DNA from: Candidatus Collierbacteria bacterium
GTDB lineage: Bacteria; Patescibacteriota; Microgenomatia; UBA1400; JACPES01
Length of the DNA: 49,112 nt
NCBI GenBank assembly: GCA_016183365.1
Contig: JACPES010000003.1
Span: forward strand, 539,154-588,265
Direction of reading: 5' to 3'
In this document: piece after piece, positions 1 to 9,506 of the stretch
Position numbering within the stretch: position 1 is the first letter of the stretch
How the letters are laid out: each line of letters starts with the position of its first letter
Notes under the pieces: model-generated
Seen by the model: only the letters and a program-made list of their open reading frames with translations
Told to the model about the DNA's origin: nothing
Databases searched by the model: none
Position numbers and translations under genes: made by a program

Positions 1-1071
1 TATCCGATTTACGGTAAAGAACTGAAAAAAATGCGTAAAATAATTGAACAGGAAAATTTTATGACTTCAAAAAATGGCAGTTATGAAAAACTAAATATTT
101 TCACAGAGTATCAAAAATATTTTCTAGAACACAATCATTTAAATAGGTCGTTAAAAGTTGTGGTTGACTGCGGAAACGGCAGCGCCGGGTTATTTGCCCC
201 TGAAATTTTGAGAAAATTGGGATGCGAAGTGGTTGAATTATATACTAAGCCGGATTCAACTTTCCCTAATCATGTGCCTGATCCGGAAGATATCTTTGTG
301 ATGAGGGATTTAGGAAAACGAGTAGTTAAGGAAAAGGCGGATCTTGGGATAGCTTTAGACGCCGACGGAGATAGATTTGGAGCAGTTGACGAACATGGAT
401 CCTTTATTTACGCGGATAGAATGCTTCTGCTCCTAGCCAAAGATATTTTGTCCAGAAACCCCGGAAAAAAGATTGTCTATGATGTTAAATGTACGAGATT
501 GATTGATGAGCTAGTTCCTAAGTTTGGCGGAATTCCGGTAATGCATATTACCGGACATGCTCCGATAAAACAGACATTAAGAAATGATCCTGAAGTAATT
601 TTTGCCGGTGAGGTTTCCGGGCATTTTTACTTTGTAGAAGATTATTTCAAAATTGACGATGGTTTGTATGCTGCCGGAAAATTATTGTCCATATTGGCGC
701 AAGGGAATAAGCCATTCTCTCGGTTATTTGAAAGTTTTCCAAAAACAGTAATGACGCCGGAATTAAAACTTCCCTGCAGTGACAGCGCCAAGCAAAAAAT
801 AGTAGCTCAAATCTCAACGCGCTTTTCAAAGAAGTACAAAACAATTGCCATAGACGGGATAAGAATTTTGTTTAGTGATACGAGTTGGGGGTTGGTCCGC
901 GCCTCTAATACTAGTCCTTATTTAACGATTAGGGTAGAAGCGGATACAGAAAAAGAGGTTATAGATATTAAAAATTTGCTAGCCGATCAATTGGAGAAAT
1001 ATCCCGAGATCGGCGATCGCTTAAATCGTGACGCGGTAACCACGCACAGCGGAAAATTAGGTTGGGTTTAG
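1..1071 (+). CDS. phosphomannomutase/phosphoglucomutase (alpha-D-phosphohexomutase), 5'-truncated by the window edge
   Basis: The frame is open from nt 1 (YPIYGKELKK precedes the listed Met at 31). It has the Mg-binding loop GIALDADGDR and the sugar-binding loop GEVSGH of the PGM/PMM superfamily. Confidence 0.85.
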   Translation, partial: YPIYGKELKKMRKIIEQENFMTSKNGSYEKLNIFTEYQKYFLEHNHLNRSLKVVVDCGNGSAGLFAPEILRKLGCEVVELYTKPDSTFPNHVPDPEDIFVMRDLGKRVVKEKADLGIALDADGDRFGAVDEHGSFIYADRMLLLLAKDILSRNPGKKIVYDVKCTRLIDELVPKFGGIPVMHITGHAPIKQTLRNDPEVIFAGEVSGHFYFVEDYFKIDDGLYAAGKLLSILAQGNKPFSRLFESFPKTVMTPELKLPCSDSAKQKIVAQISTRFSKKYKTIAIDGIRILFSDTSWGLVRASNTSPYLTIRVEADTEKEVIDIKNLLADQLEKYPEIGDRLNRDAVTTHSGKLGWV

Positions 1072-1098
1072 TCCGAATACACTTCCAATAATCTAAAT

Positions 1099-1122
1099 AT
1101 AAAATGTTATATAACATTTTAT
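1099..1122. repeat. P1a: 24-nt perfect palindrome ATAAAATGTTAT/ATAACATTTTAT
   Basis: Checked base by base. It lies 17 nt beyond the stop codon (1140-1142) of the minus-strand TrpR-like gene. Confidence 0.9.
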
Positions 1123-1139
1123 TATAACTGCATTATAAA

Positions 1140-1589
1140 TCAGAAGGGAACTTCGGTTTGCTTTACTTTTTCCCACTGCCTCCGACGCTGACTTTTCCAA
1201 TTTGTTGGTCCAAACCATAAAGGAGAACTTTCGGTTTCTTCCAGAGCTGATTGATGAGAGCGTTGTTTTGCAGCGTCTTCTTTTAATATCGTTTCGAGCA
1301 ACGTTCGATATCCGCTGCCTTTTACTTCTAACCAAGTTTTAACCCTGTAAATAGTTGGAAATGATACTTTTAATTTATCTGAAATTTCGCGGGCACCAAC
1401 GTGTTTTAAAAGCATTAAAGCAACACCGATTCGTTTTGAGATCATAATCTTTTCTGTATTAGTTAATAAATCATCAACAAAGTCAGCGGCTAAAGATGCT
1501 TGAGCGCACCTATTGATGCAGTCAACAAGAAGAGACTGTAATTTTTCTTTTACTTCAGGTTTAATATATTGAACAGAAACTTGAGCCAT
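1140..1589 (-). CDS. TrpR-related YerC/YecD-family HTH protein (paralog 1, 149 aa)
   Basis: The core LLTNTEKIMISKRIGVALMLLKHVGAREISDKLKVSFPTIYRVKTWL matches the Trp-repressor-like HTH pattern. It has the same length and architecture as ORF 25965..26414. Confidence 0.7.
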   Translation of the reverse strand: MAQVSVQYIKPEVKEKLQSLLVDCINRCAQASLAADFVDDLLTNTEKIMISKRIGVALMLLKHVGAREISDKLKVSFPTIYRVKTWLEVKGSGYRTLLETILKEDAAKQRSHQSALEETESSPLWFGPTNWKSQRRRQWEKVKQTEVPF

Positions 1590-1617
1590 ATATAAAATGT
1601 TGTACTACATTTTATAT
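1590..1617. repeat. P1b: 28-nt palindrome ATATAAAATGT-tGTACt-ACATTTTATAT with one central mismatch
   Basis: Checked base by base. It directly abuts the start codon (complement of 1587-1589) of the TrpR-like gene, and its arms match P1a. Confidence 0.9.
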
Positions 1618-1746
1618 TAGTTGTAAAGTGGGACGTTGTCTGTTCTTGCGTTGAGATTGCAGAGATTGCAAAGTTGGCAGATGCTGATATGATAGAAAAA
1701 CTAAGATATATTTTTCTTAATCTTATTCATTTTCATTAAACAAAAT

Positions 1747-2823
1747 ATGAGTTTAAGCATTTTAGATTCCCGAGAAGAAATTGCCAAAATTGATTTAGAA
1801 AACGTGTTGGGATCGGTGGAAGCTTTACCGCAACAGTGTTTGGATGCTTGGGAAAAAGCTCAAAATATTGTTGTTCCCGATTCTTATAAACAGATTGACA
1901 ATATCGTCATGTGCGGGATGGGAGGGTCAGGGTTGGGGACGCGAGTAATTGAGTCAGTTTACTTCAAAGATTTAAAAGTTCCTTTGGTCAGGGTTAACGG
2001 ATATGATCTGCCTGCTTTTGTGAATGAACGTAGTTTAATTTCTTGTTCCAGCTATTCGGGATCGACAGAAGAAACAGTTATGAATGCCCAACAGGCGATT
2101 GATAAAAATCTTAAATGGATGGCCATAGGCACCGGCGGAAAATTATTAGAATTAGCGGAACAACAAAAAGTTCCTTATTACAAAATTGTGCCTAAATATA
2201 ATCCTTCGAATCAGCCGAGGATGGCGATCGGTTATTCCGCAATCGGCCAGCTGGCCTTAGTTTCTCACGTCGGTTTAATTTCAATTTCAAGTAAAGAAAT
2301 AAGCGAAATCGTTAAAGTTATGAAAGCGGTTATAAATAAGAACAAAGTTGAAATTCCGGAAATAAACAATTCGGCAAAATTGTTGGCGAATAAGATGAAG
2401 GGTAAAGTCGTGGCACTTGTTGCCGGCGAACATTTGGTCGGACCGATGCACGTTGTCAATAACCAGCAAAACGAGAATGCCAAGAATATTTCTTTTGATT
2501 TTCAAATTCCGGAACTTAATCATCATTTACTGGAAGGTCTTAAACACCCTAAAACTAACTCTGGCAATATTTTGTTTGTTTTCGCGTCATCAAATCTATA
2601 TTCTGCCAGGATCCAAAAAAGATTTGGGTTGACCAAACAGGTGGTGGAAAAGAACGGGATTGAGACGGTTGCTCTGGAAATGATATCGGCCACTAAATTG
2701 TCTCAAGCGTTTGAACTAATCCAGCTTGGGGCTTACACCGATCTTTATTTATCCCTTCTGTACGGCCAAAATCCGGCCCCTATCCCTTGGGTTGATTGGT
2801 TTAAGGTCGAGATGGGGAAATAA
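1747..2823 (+). CDS. bifunctional phosphoglucose/phosphomannose isomerase-type SIS-domain protein
   Basis: 358 aa. It has the SIS nucleotide/sugar-phosphate fold signature (CGMGGSGLG ... SYSGSTEET) and the length typical of archaeal-type PGI/PMI. Confidence 0.7.
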   Translation: MSLSILDSREEIAKIDLENVLGSVEALPQQCLDAWEKAQNIVVPDSYKQIDNIVMCGMGGSGLGTRVIESVYFKDLKVPLVRVNGYDLPAFVNERSLISCSSYSGSTEETVMNAQQAIDKNLKWMAIGTGGKLLELAEQQKVPYYKIVPKYNPSNQPRMAIGYSAIGQLALVSHVGLISISSKEISEIVKVMKAVINKNKVEIPEINNSAKLLANKMKGKVVALVAGEHLVGPMHVVNNQQNENAKNISFDFQIPELNHHLLEGLKHPKTNSGNILFVFASSNLYSARIQKRFGLTKQVVEKNGIETVALEMISATKLSQAFELIQLGAYTDLYLSLLYGQNPAPIPWVDWFKVEMGK

Positions 2824-3826
2824 ATTTATTAAAGAATTTAAGATCGGTTTTAACCACTGAATTCCAACCGGGAGTTAAGTTGTGGTCGGCTCCGGGATAT
2901 TGATATAGAACCGCTTGTTTATTCAATGATTGCAAAGTTTTAATAAGATCCATAGACCATTCCCACGGTACCGCTTCATCGCCAGTGCCTTGGTGAACGA
3001 TCAACGGAGTTTCAATCCGATCCAGGTAATTGGTTACGGAAAATAGCTCCGGGTCGTAGACGGATTCAAATTCAGAAATAGATTTTCGCAAATACTTTCC
3101 ATGGTCGTCACTGTCGCCGGTATAGTACAGAATGGAATAAGGAAACGGTTTGGACACCGGAGCCCAAAACGAAGCCGCTTTAATTCTGTTGCTAACGGTT
3201 AAAACCGATAAGCCGATTTGGCCGCCATTGGAATGCCCCCACAAAAATATGTTTTCAGTATCAGCCATGGGTAGGTTAGAGATGGAAGCTAATAACTGCA
3301 AGACAGTAGCCGGTTTAATCAAACGGGACTCAATCTCGTTTTGAGGTTCGGGATCTGAACTGCCGAAGCCTAAAAAATCCGGAGCCAGGGTTAAAAATCC
3401 GTTATCGGCGAATACCTCTGCCGCTTTTTTAGTTCCGATACCCGGCATGTAAGCTTCCTTATCGACATATCCCCGCAACATTATTATTACCGGACATTTT
3501 GATTTAAAAGAAGACAAAGCGCAGCCAGCCGAAATATTGGCGGTTCCGCTTACTCGGCCTTCCCGGGTTTCAAAATCAAATAACCAACCGGAGTGTTTTT
3601 CTCCTGAATTGATTTCTTGCGACAGATCAATAGTTTTTGGCGTAAAATTAGACTGGTTTAGATTGTCAAACGAATATTTAAGCAAAGGTTTTGGAATCAC
3701 GGTTGGTTCCGGGGATAAAGGCGACAGCATCGCGGGAGATGATTTTAGCAACCAATATTGTTGGGTTATTCCACCGGTTAGCATGCCAACGATAAAAATT
3801 GCTGTTAATAAAATATAGAATTTCAT
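2801..3826 (-). CDS. membrane-anchored or secreted alpha/beta hydrolase (S9 / dienelactone-hydrolase-like)
   Basis: Nucleophile elbow GHSNGG, later HQGTGDEAVP and GADHNL (a Ser-Asp-His arrangement). The preferred start is Met44 (MKFYILLTAIFIVGML, hydrophobic N-terminus), because the first 43 codons of the listed ORF translate a hairpin repeat. Confidence 0.7.
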   Translation of the reverse strand: MKFYILLTAIFIVGMLTGGITQQYWLLKSSPAMLSPLSPEPTVIPKPLLKYSFDNLNQSNFTPKTIDLSQEINSGEKHSGWLFDFETREGRVSGTANISAGCALSSFKSKCPVIIMLRGYVDKEAYMPGIGTKKAAEVFADNGFLTLAPDFLGFGSSDPEPQNEIESRLIKPATVLQLLASISNLPMADTENIFLWGHSNGGQIGLSVLTVSNRIKAASFWAPVSKPFPYSILYYTGDSDDHGKYLRKSISEFESVYDPELFSVTNYLDRIETPLIVHQGTGDEAVPWEWSMDLIKTLQSLNKQAVLYQYPGADHNLTPGWNSVVKTDLKFFNKFISPSRP

Positions 3827-3880
3827 TTTGTCCTTCAAGAATCGAGTATACAGAGATTGATGAATAAGTAAACTTTTCTT

Positions 3881-3953
3881 TGTCATTCCTTTCGTAAGCA
3901 GGAATCTGTTCAAATAATTATTGGAATAGATTCCTGTTTTCACGGGAATGACC
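3881..3953. repeat. inverted pair of TGTCATTCC-N10-12-GGAATCT hairpin modules
   Basis: 3881-3907 is tgtcattcctttcgtaagcaggaatct. 3928-3952 is its inverted copy (reverse complement gtcattcccgtgaaaacaggaatct). An AT-rich spacer lies between them. Confidence 0.85.
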
Positions 3954-4012
3954 ATTGATTGCTAAAGTTTTGGCATTTGAACTTTGGACTTCAATAAGGT
4001 ATCCTAAATATA

Positions 4013-6328
4013 ATGCCTGATAAACTTCCGTTGGTTATTGATTTTAAGAAAGTAGATAAAGGCGATATTCTGTTGGTGGGAGGCAAGGGTTCCAATTTGG
4101 GAGAAATGACTAAAGCCGGATTTCCGGTCCCGCCCGGATTTGTGGTAACTTCAGAATCCTATTGGAAGTTTTTAGAGGAAAATCATTTAAGAAATAAAAT
4201 CTCCGATTTATTAAAGGGACTCGACGTTCACCGTTCCGACGAGCTGACCCGGATCAGCCACCAGATAAAAGATATGATCGTCCATGGTTCTATTCCAGAA
4301 GATATTTCTGAAAAAATAATTAAGTCTTATTTAGAATTGGGAAATAAAACTTTGGTGGCTGTCAGGTCTTCGGCGACGGCGGAAGATCTGCCTGACGCCA
4401 GTTTTGCCGGCCAACAGGACACTTTTTTAAACATAGTCGGCGAATCGAATGTCGTCGATTATGTCAGAAAAGCCTGGGCCAGTTTGTTTACTCCGCGAGC
4501 TATTTTTTATCGGGAGCAAAAGAAATTTGATCATTTTAAAGTCGGGATAGCGGTCCCGATTCAGAAAATGATCCAATCGGAAGTTTCCGGAGTTATGTTT
4601 ACCGTTAATCCGGTTAATCAGGATAAATCGGTAATTATAATCGAGGCCGTATTGGGATTAGGAGAAATGATTGTTCAGGGATCGGTAACACCTGATCATT
4701 ATGAAGTTTTAAAAAGAAATCTGGAAATTTCAAAAAAAACCATTAACCGTCAGACCAGGATAATGGTTAAAAATATCAAAGATCATCTGGCTGAAAATGA
4801 AGTCAGAATTTTGCCGATATGGAAGCAAAAATCTCAAAAGTTATCGGATAAATATGTAGTGGAGGCGGCTAAATTGGGAATGGCTTTGTATCAACACTAT
4901 TTTTTCCCCCAAGACGTGGAGTGGGCTTTGGAGAAAGGAAAAATTTATATCATCCAAACCAGGCCGATCACCACTCTAGAGAATAAAATTTATTCGGAAG
5001 AAAGCGGAAAAATAGTTACTAAAGGTTTGACCAAGATTTTAACTGGCCAACCGGCCAGCCCGGGGCTAGTTTCCGGTCCGGTCAGGCTGATTAAATCAGT
5101 CAAAGAAATTCATAATGTCAAACCCGGAGATATTTTAGTGATGGAAATGACCAGCCCGGATTTTGTCCCGGCCATGCGGAAAGCGGTGGCAGTAGTAACT
5201 GATCAGGGCGGGCAGACTTCGCATGCCGCAATTGTCAGCCGGGAATTAGGAGTGGTTTGCGTGGTTGGAACTCAAATTGCCACTAAAAAGCTTAAAAACG
5301 GTTCGATAGTAACCGTAAACGGAACTAACGGGGAAGTATTTGCGGGGGCGTTTCAGAAAACTCCGACAGCCGGATCGTCCGATAGTCAGATTGTCAGACA
5401 GTCAGAATCTCCGAGTGTTCAGAGTGTTCCGAATTTTTCTAATTTTAAAACCGCCACTAAGGTTTACGTTAACCTGGCCGAACCGGAACTGGCCGAGAAA
5501 ATCGCGGCCGAAAACGTGGACGGGATCGGATTATTAAGAGCGGAGTTTATGATTGCCCAGATAGGAATTCATCCTAAAAAATTTATTCAGGACAAAAAAA
5601 CCGCTGAATTCGTTGATGCTTTGAAAACGGGCTTAACCAAATTCGCGCAGGCTTTTTATCCCCGGCCGGTGGTGTATCGGGCCACGGATTTCAGGACGAA
5701 TGAGTACCGGAATTTAAAAGGCGGGGACCGGTTTGAGCCGGTGGAGCCAAATCCGATGTTGGGTTTCAGGGGTGCGTCAAGATATATCGTCGATTCTGAA
5801 GTTTTTGAATTGGAGTTAAAGGCAATCCGCGAAGTCCGGGAAAAATTTAATAATCTTCATTTGATGATTCCGTTTGTCAGAAGTGTAAATGAACTGAAAG
5901 AAGTTAAAAAAATAGTTTACGGAATGAGTTTAAGGAGAAGTCAAAACTTTCAATTTTGGATGATGACAGAATTACCGGTTAATGTAATTTCAATTGACGA
6001 TTTTCTGGACGTCGGCATAGACGGTATTTCTATAGGAACCAATGATTTGACCATGCTGACATTGGGAACCGATCGGGATAACGAAAATGTGGCCAAGGAT
6101 TATGACGAGATGAATTCGGCGGTACTCTGGAGTTTAAAACGTTTGATTACCTCGGCCGCTAAAAGAGGCGTCACCAGTTCTATTTGCGGCCAGGCCCCAA
6201 GTATTTATCCGGAACTGGTAGAAGAATTGGTAAAATGGGGAATCACCAGTGTGTCAATTTCGCCCGATAGGATTAATACGACCAGAAAATTAATTTATGA
6301 AGCGGAGAGGAAAAATCTATGTCATTAA
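4013..6328 (+). CDS. ppsA: phosphoenolpyruvate synthase (pyruvate, water dikinase)
   Basis: 771 aa. N-terminal ATP-grasp region, phosphohistidine swivel motif GGQTSHAAIVSRELG, and a C-terminal PEP-utilising barrel with ICGQAPS. Confidence 0.85.
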   Translation: MPDKLPLVIDFKKVDKGDILLVGGKGSNLGEMTKAGFPVPPGFVVTSESYWKFLEENHLRNKISDLLKGLDVHRSDELTRISHQIKDMIVHGSIPEDISEKIIKSYLELGNKTLVAVRSSATAEDLPDASFAGQQDTFLNIVGESNVVDYVRKAWASLFTPRAIFYREQKKFDHFKVGIAVPIQKMIQSEVSGVMFTVNPVNQDKSVIIIEAVLGLGEMIVQGSVTPDHYEVLKRNLEISKKTINRQTRIMVKNIKDHLAENEVRILPIWKQKSQKLSDKYVVEAAKLGMALYQHYFFPQDVEWALEKGKIYIIQTRPITTLENKIYSEESGKIVTKGLTKILTGQPASPGLVSGPVRLIKSVKEIHNVKPGDILVMEMTSPDFVPAMRKAVAVVTDQGGQTSHAAIVSRELGVVCVVGTQIATKKLKNGSIVTVNGTNGEVFAGAFQKTPTAGSSDSQIVRQSESPSVQSVPNFSNFKTATKVYVNLAEPELAEKIAAENVDGIGLLRAEFMIAQIGIHPKKFIQDKKTAEFVDALKTGLTKFAQAFYPRPVVYRATDFRTNEYRNLKGGDRFEPVEPNPMLGFRGASRYIVDSEVFELELKAIREVREKFNNLHLMIPFVRSVNELKEVKKIVYGMSLRRSQNFQFWMMTELPVNVISIDDFLDVGIDGISIGTNDLTMLTLGTDRDNENVAKDYDEMNSAVLWSLKRLITSAAKRGVTSSICGQAPSIYPELVEELVKWGITSVSISPDRINTTRKLIYEAERKNLCH
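5350..5450 (+). repeat. in-frame low-complexity tract built from TCAGA/TCCGA 7-mer words inside ppsA
   Basis: The words ttcagaa ctccgac gtccgat gtcagat gtcagac gtcagaa ctccgag ttcagag ttccgaa encode the linker SSDSQIVRQSESPSVQSVPNFS. Confidence 0.7.
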
Positions 6329-7575
6329 TCAAATCCATCCAGGCTCGCCAAATTCTTGACTCCAGGGGAATTCCCACGATTGAAGCCTTATTAACAGCTG
6401 ACGATGGTTCGCAGGTGGTGGCTTCGATTCCTTCCGGGACCTCGACCGGTTCCCATGAAGCTAAAGAGTTAAGGGACAAAAATCCAGGCAATTATCAAGG
6501 TCAGGGAGTTTTGAAAGCCGTGGATAACGTCAATAAAATATTGGGGCCAGCCATAATCGGTAAAGATCCTACCCGCCAAACGGAAATAGACCAGATTTTA
6601 ATCGATATGGATGGAACCGCGGATAAAAGCCATTTAGGAGCCAACGCCATCCTGGCGGTTTCTCAAGGAGTTTGCGAACTGGGAGCAGCGGTTACTGGTT
6701 ATCCGACCTATAAGTATATTCATTTGAAATATCGGGTTTCTGAAAATCTGGATATCCCAACCCCGATTTTCAACGTTATCAATGGCGGCAAGCACGGCAC
6801 CGGAAATTTGGACTTCCAGGAGTTTCATGTCATTCCGGCCACCAACAAAGCTTATAGCCAGGCTTTGGAGTGTGGAGAAGTAATTTATCAGACTTTGGGT
6901 GATGTTTTGGTTCATCGCGGCGCCATCAGTTCGGTAGGAGTCGAAGGCGGATACGCTCCTAATCTTTTTACCAATACGGACGCCTTGGAACTGATTATGG
7001 AATCCATAAAGCAAGCCGGTTTTGAGCCAGCTCGAGACGTTTTTTTGGGGCTGGATGTGGCCGCGACTTCTTTTTATAACGGCCATTCTTACGCGATTCG
7101 GGATAAGTCTCAAGCTTTGACCAGATCAGAACTGTTGGAATTTTATAAAGAAATAAACTACAAGTTTCACCTTTTTGGTTTGGAGGACCCGTTTAGTGAA
7201 GATGATTTTGACGGTTGGAAACAGGTTACAACTTCAATGTCTAAGCAAACTATTATCATCGGTGATGATTTGCTGACTAGCAATAAACAAAGAACTAAAG
7301 AGGCGATTGATAAAAATTTATGCACCGGGATTTTAGTCAAACCTAATCAAATCGGAACTATCTCGGAAACCGTGGAAGTTATAAAAATGGCTTTGGCCGC
7401 CAATTGGCATATAGTTGTTTCTCACCGTTCCGGGGAAACCAATGATGATTTTATTGCCGATTTTGCGGTTGGAGTCAGTGCTAATCACGTTAAATTCGGG
7501 GCCCCGGCCAGAGGTGAAAGGGTGGCAAAATATAATAGGTTGTTACAAATTGAAGAAGAATTGAAAGGAAGTTGA
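6319..7575 (+). CDS. eno: enolase
   Basis: Canonical N-terminus IKSIQARQILDSRGIPTIEA, then SHRSGETND and KFGAPARGERVAKYNRLLQIEEEL. It overlaps the ppsA stop by 10 nt. Confidence 0.95.
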   Translation: MSLIKSIQARQILDSRGIPTIEALLTADDGSQVVASIPSGTSTGSHEAKELRDKNPGNYQGQGVLKAVDNVNKILGPAIIGKDPTRQTEIDQILIDMDGTADKSHLGANAILAVSQGVCELGAAVTGYPTYKYIHLKYRVSENLDIPTPIFNVINGGKHGTGNLDFQEFHVIPATNKAYSQALECGEVIYQTLGDVLVHRGAISSVGVEGGYAPNLFTNTDALELIMESIKQAGFEPARDVFLGLDVAATSFYNGHSYAIRDKSQALTRSELLEFYKEINYKFHLFGLEDPFSEDDFDGWKQVTTSMSKQTIIIGDDLLTSNKQRTKEAIDKNLCTGILVKPNQIGTISETVEVIKMALAANWHIVVSHRSGETNDDFIADFAVGVSANHVKFGAPARGERVAKYNRLLQIEEELKGS

Positions 7576-7587
7576 CCAAGAAAGATA

Positions 7588-7700
7588 TCTTGAAGATGGA
7601 ATCCTTGATCTTGAAGTCTTGAAATCTTGATGATTAGATCAAATATTCAAGGTATCAAGTGTATCAAGATCAAAAATCTCAAGAAAATCTATCTTCAAGA
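7588..7700. repeat. intergenic imperfect dyad built from TCTTGA words (left half) and TCAAGA words (right half)
   Basis: The words were read directly in the eno-gpmI spacer. Confidence 0.75.
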
Positions 7701-7708
7701 AATCTATT

Positions 7709-9331
7709 ATGTTACGACCTATGGTCCTTGTTATTCTCGACGGTTGGGGGATTGGCTGTCCGGGTCCGGGAAATGCTATAACTCAGGCTCAAACCCCGGC
7801 GATTGATAAGCTTAAAGCCGGGTTTCCATCTACTCAATTAGCCGCCGCCGGCGAATCGGTCGGCCTTCCCCATGGCGAAGACGGAAATACAGAAACCGGT
7901 CATTTAAACCTGGGCGCCGGCCAAATTGTTTATCAGGATTTGCCCCGAATAAATATGGCCATCGCCGACGGGACTTGTTTCACAAACCCCGCATTTTTAA
8001 ACGCTGTCGAGCACGTTAAAAGAACTAAAGGAAATTTTCATGTTTTGGGCTTGATTGGTTCCGGCGGGGTTCATAGCAATATTGAACATCTTTACGCCCT
8101 GATGCGGTTTGCTAAACAACAAGGCTTGTCTCAAATTTATCTGCATTTAATTACCGATGGCCGGGATTCTCCGCCGACTTCGGCTTTAACTTATATCGCC
8201 CAAATTAAACAACATATTGGTTCAACCGGAATAGGACAAATCGCCAGCGTGATGGGCAGATATTGGGCCATGGATCGCGATCATCGTTGGGACAGGACGG
8301 CAAAAGCCTACCAGGCCTTGACTAAAGGTCAAGCTGTTAAAACCTTATCTCCGGAAGAAGCCATCACCAAATCTTATGAGATCGGTAAAAATGATGAATT
8401 TATTGATCCAACAGTAATAACTGATATTTCTGGTCAACCGGTCAGGCTAATTTCAGACAACGATGCGGTAATTTTCCTTAACTTTAGGATTGACCGCCCC
8501 CGGCAATTAACCAAAGCCTTTGTCTTGCAAAATTTTAAAAAGGAAGCCCTCAAGGAAGGTTTTGACCCATACGCGGTCAAATATTACCAAAAACATTTGG
8601 CTGATGGGAAGTCGGAAACGTCTCCTTTTGAACGGGGAGAGCAATTGAAGAATTTATATTTTGTGACAATGACCAGGTATGAAGAAAATTTGCCGGTAGA
8701 TGTAGCCTTTCCGCCTCAATTCATCCCGATGCCTTTAGGCAGAGTATTGGCAGAAAAAGGCTTAAGGCAATTGAGGTTAGCGGAAACCGAAAAAGAGAGA
8801 TTTGTGACCTATTATTTTAATGGCCAGCGGGAAACGGCTTTTGAAGGTGAAGACCGCAAAATGGTCTCCAGTCCCCGAGTGGCAACTTATGACTTAAAGC
8901 CGGAAATGTCTACCCCGGAACTCACCGAATTATTCCGGGTCAAAATCAGAGGCGGAGTCTATGATTTCATTTTGGTGAATGTGGCTTGTCCTGACATGGT
9001 CGCTCATACCGGAAATCTTGAGGCTTCTATTAACGCTTGCGAGGCGGCGGACAAATTCGTGGACGTGGCTTTTCAGGAGACACTCGGGGCGGACGGAGTT
9101 TTATTGGTGACAGCGGATCACGGCAACGCGGAAGAGCTGATAAACTCCATTACCAATAAACCTGACACCGAACATTCAGCTTCCAATGTACCTTTGTATA
9201 TTGCCAGCCGCCAATATCAGGGAAAACCGGCTAAGCTCCCATCCGGAATTTTAGCCGATGTGGCCCCGACTATACTAAAAATAATGGGGATAGATAAACC
9301 CCAGACCATGAATGGCAGAAGTCTGTTGTAA
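7709..9331 (+). CDS. gpmI: 2,3-bisphosphoglycerate-independent phosphoglycerate mutase
   Basis: 540 aa. N-terminal VLVILDGWG, catalytic-Ser region NTETGHLNLGAG, and C-terminal TADHGNAE. Confidence 0.9.
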   Translation: MLRPMVLVILDGWGIGCPGPGNAITQAQTPAIDKLKAGFPSTQLAAAGESVGLPHGEDGNTETGHLNLGAGQIVYQDLPRINMAIADGTCFTNPAFLNAVEHVKRTKGNFHVLGLIGSGGVHSNIEHLYALMRFAKQQGLSQIYLHLITDGRDSPPTSALTYIAQIKQHIGSTGIGQIASVMGRYWAMDRDHRWDRTAKAYQALTKGQAVKTLSPEEAITKSYEIGKNDEFIDPTVITDISGQPVRLISDNDAVIFLNFRIDRPRQLTKAFVLQNFKKEALKEGFDPYAVKYYQKHLADGKSETSPFERGEQLKNLYFVTMTRYEENLPVDVAFPPQFIPMPLGRVLAEKGLRQLRLAETEKERFVTYYFNGQRETAFEGEDRKMVSSPRVATYDLKPEMSTPELTELFRVKIRGGVYDFILVNVACPDMVAHTGNLEASINACEAADKFVDVAFQETLGADGVLLVTADHGNAEELINSITNKPDTEHSASNVPLYIASRQYQGKPAKLPSGILADVAPTILKIMGIDKPQTMNGRSLL

Positions 9332-9385
9332 TCAGACCTATGAATTTTTCTTTGTCAATGTTATTAAGACGAAGTTAATACAACT

Positions 9386-9465
9386 CTTCATTAGCGGGTG
9401 CCGACCCGCCTGCAATTGCCTGCGGCAATAGCCGATGGTGGGCAGGTCGGCAGTCTGAAATGAAG
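9386..9465 (+). other. GC-rich nested-helix element upstream of acs (candidate structured RNA or regulatory site)
   Basis: cttcatt (9386-9392) pairs with aatgaag (9459-9465). tgccgacc (9399-9406) pairs with ggtcggca (9445-9452). attgcc-tgc-ggcaat forms a hairpin (9415-9429). The strand was not determined. Confidence 0.3.
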
Positions 9466-9506
9466 GTTTAGTACAAATTTGGAATAGGTGGAATACAATA
9501 AGATAA

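Noticed and set aside
3827-3955. N-terminal 43-codon extension of the hydrolase ORF (MVIPVKTGIYSNNYL...)
   Set aside because: It is the translation of the inverted hairpin-repeat pair. A Met followed by a hydrophobic anchor at 3826 is the more plausible start.
6634-7113. 159-aa minus-strand ORF inside eno. Similar antisense ORFs occur at 10617..10991 in acs, 24424..24918 in uvrC, 27433..27864 in the SBP gene, and several inside 32517..35243.
   Set aside because: They lie entirely within well-supported genes on the opposite strand, have odd composition (Arg/Ser/Gly-rich) and no recognisable motifs. They are shadow ORFs.
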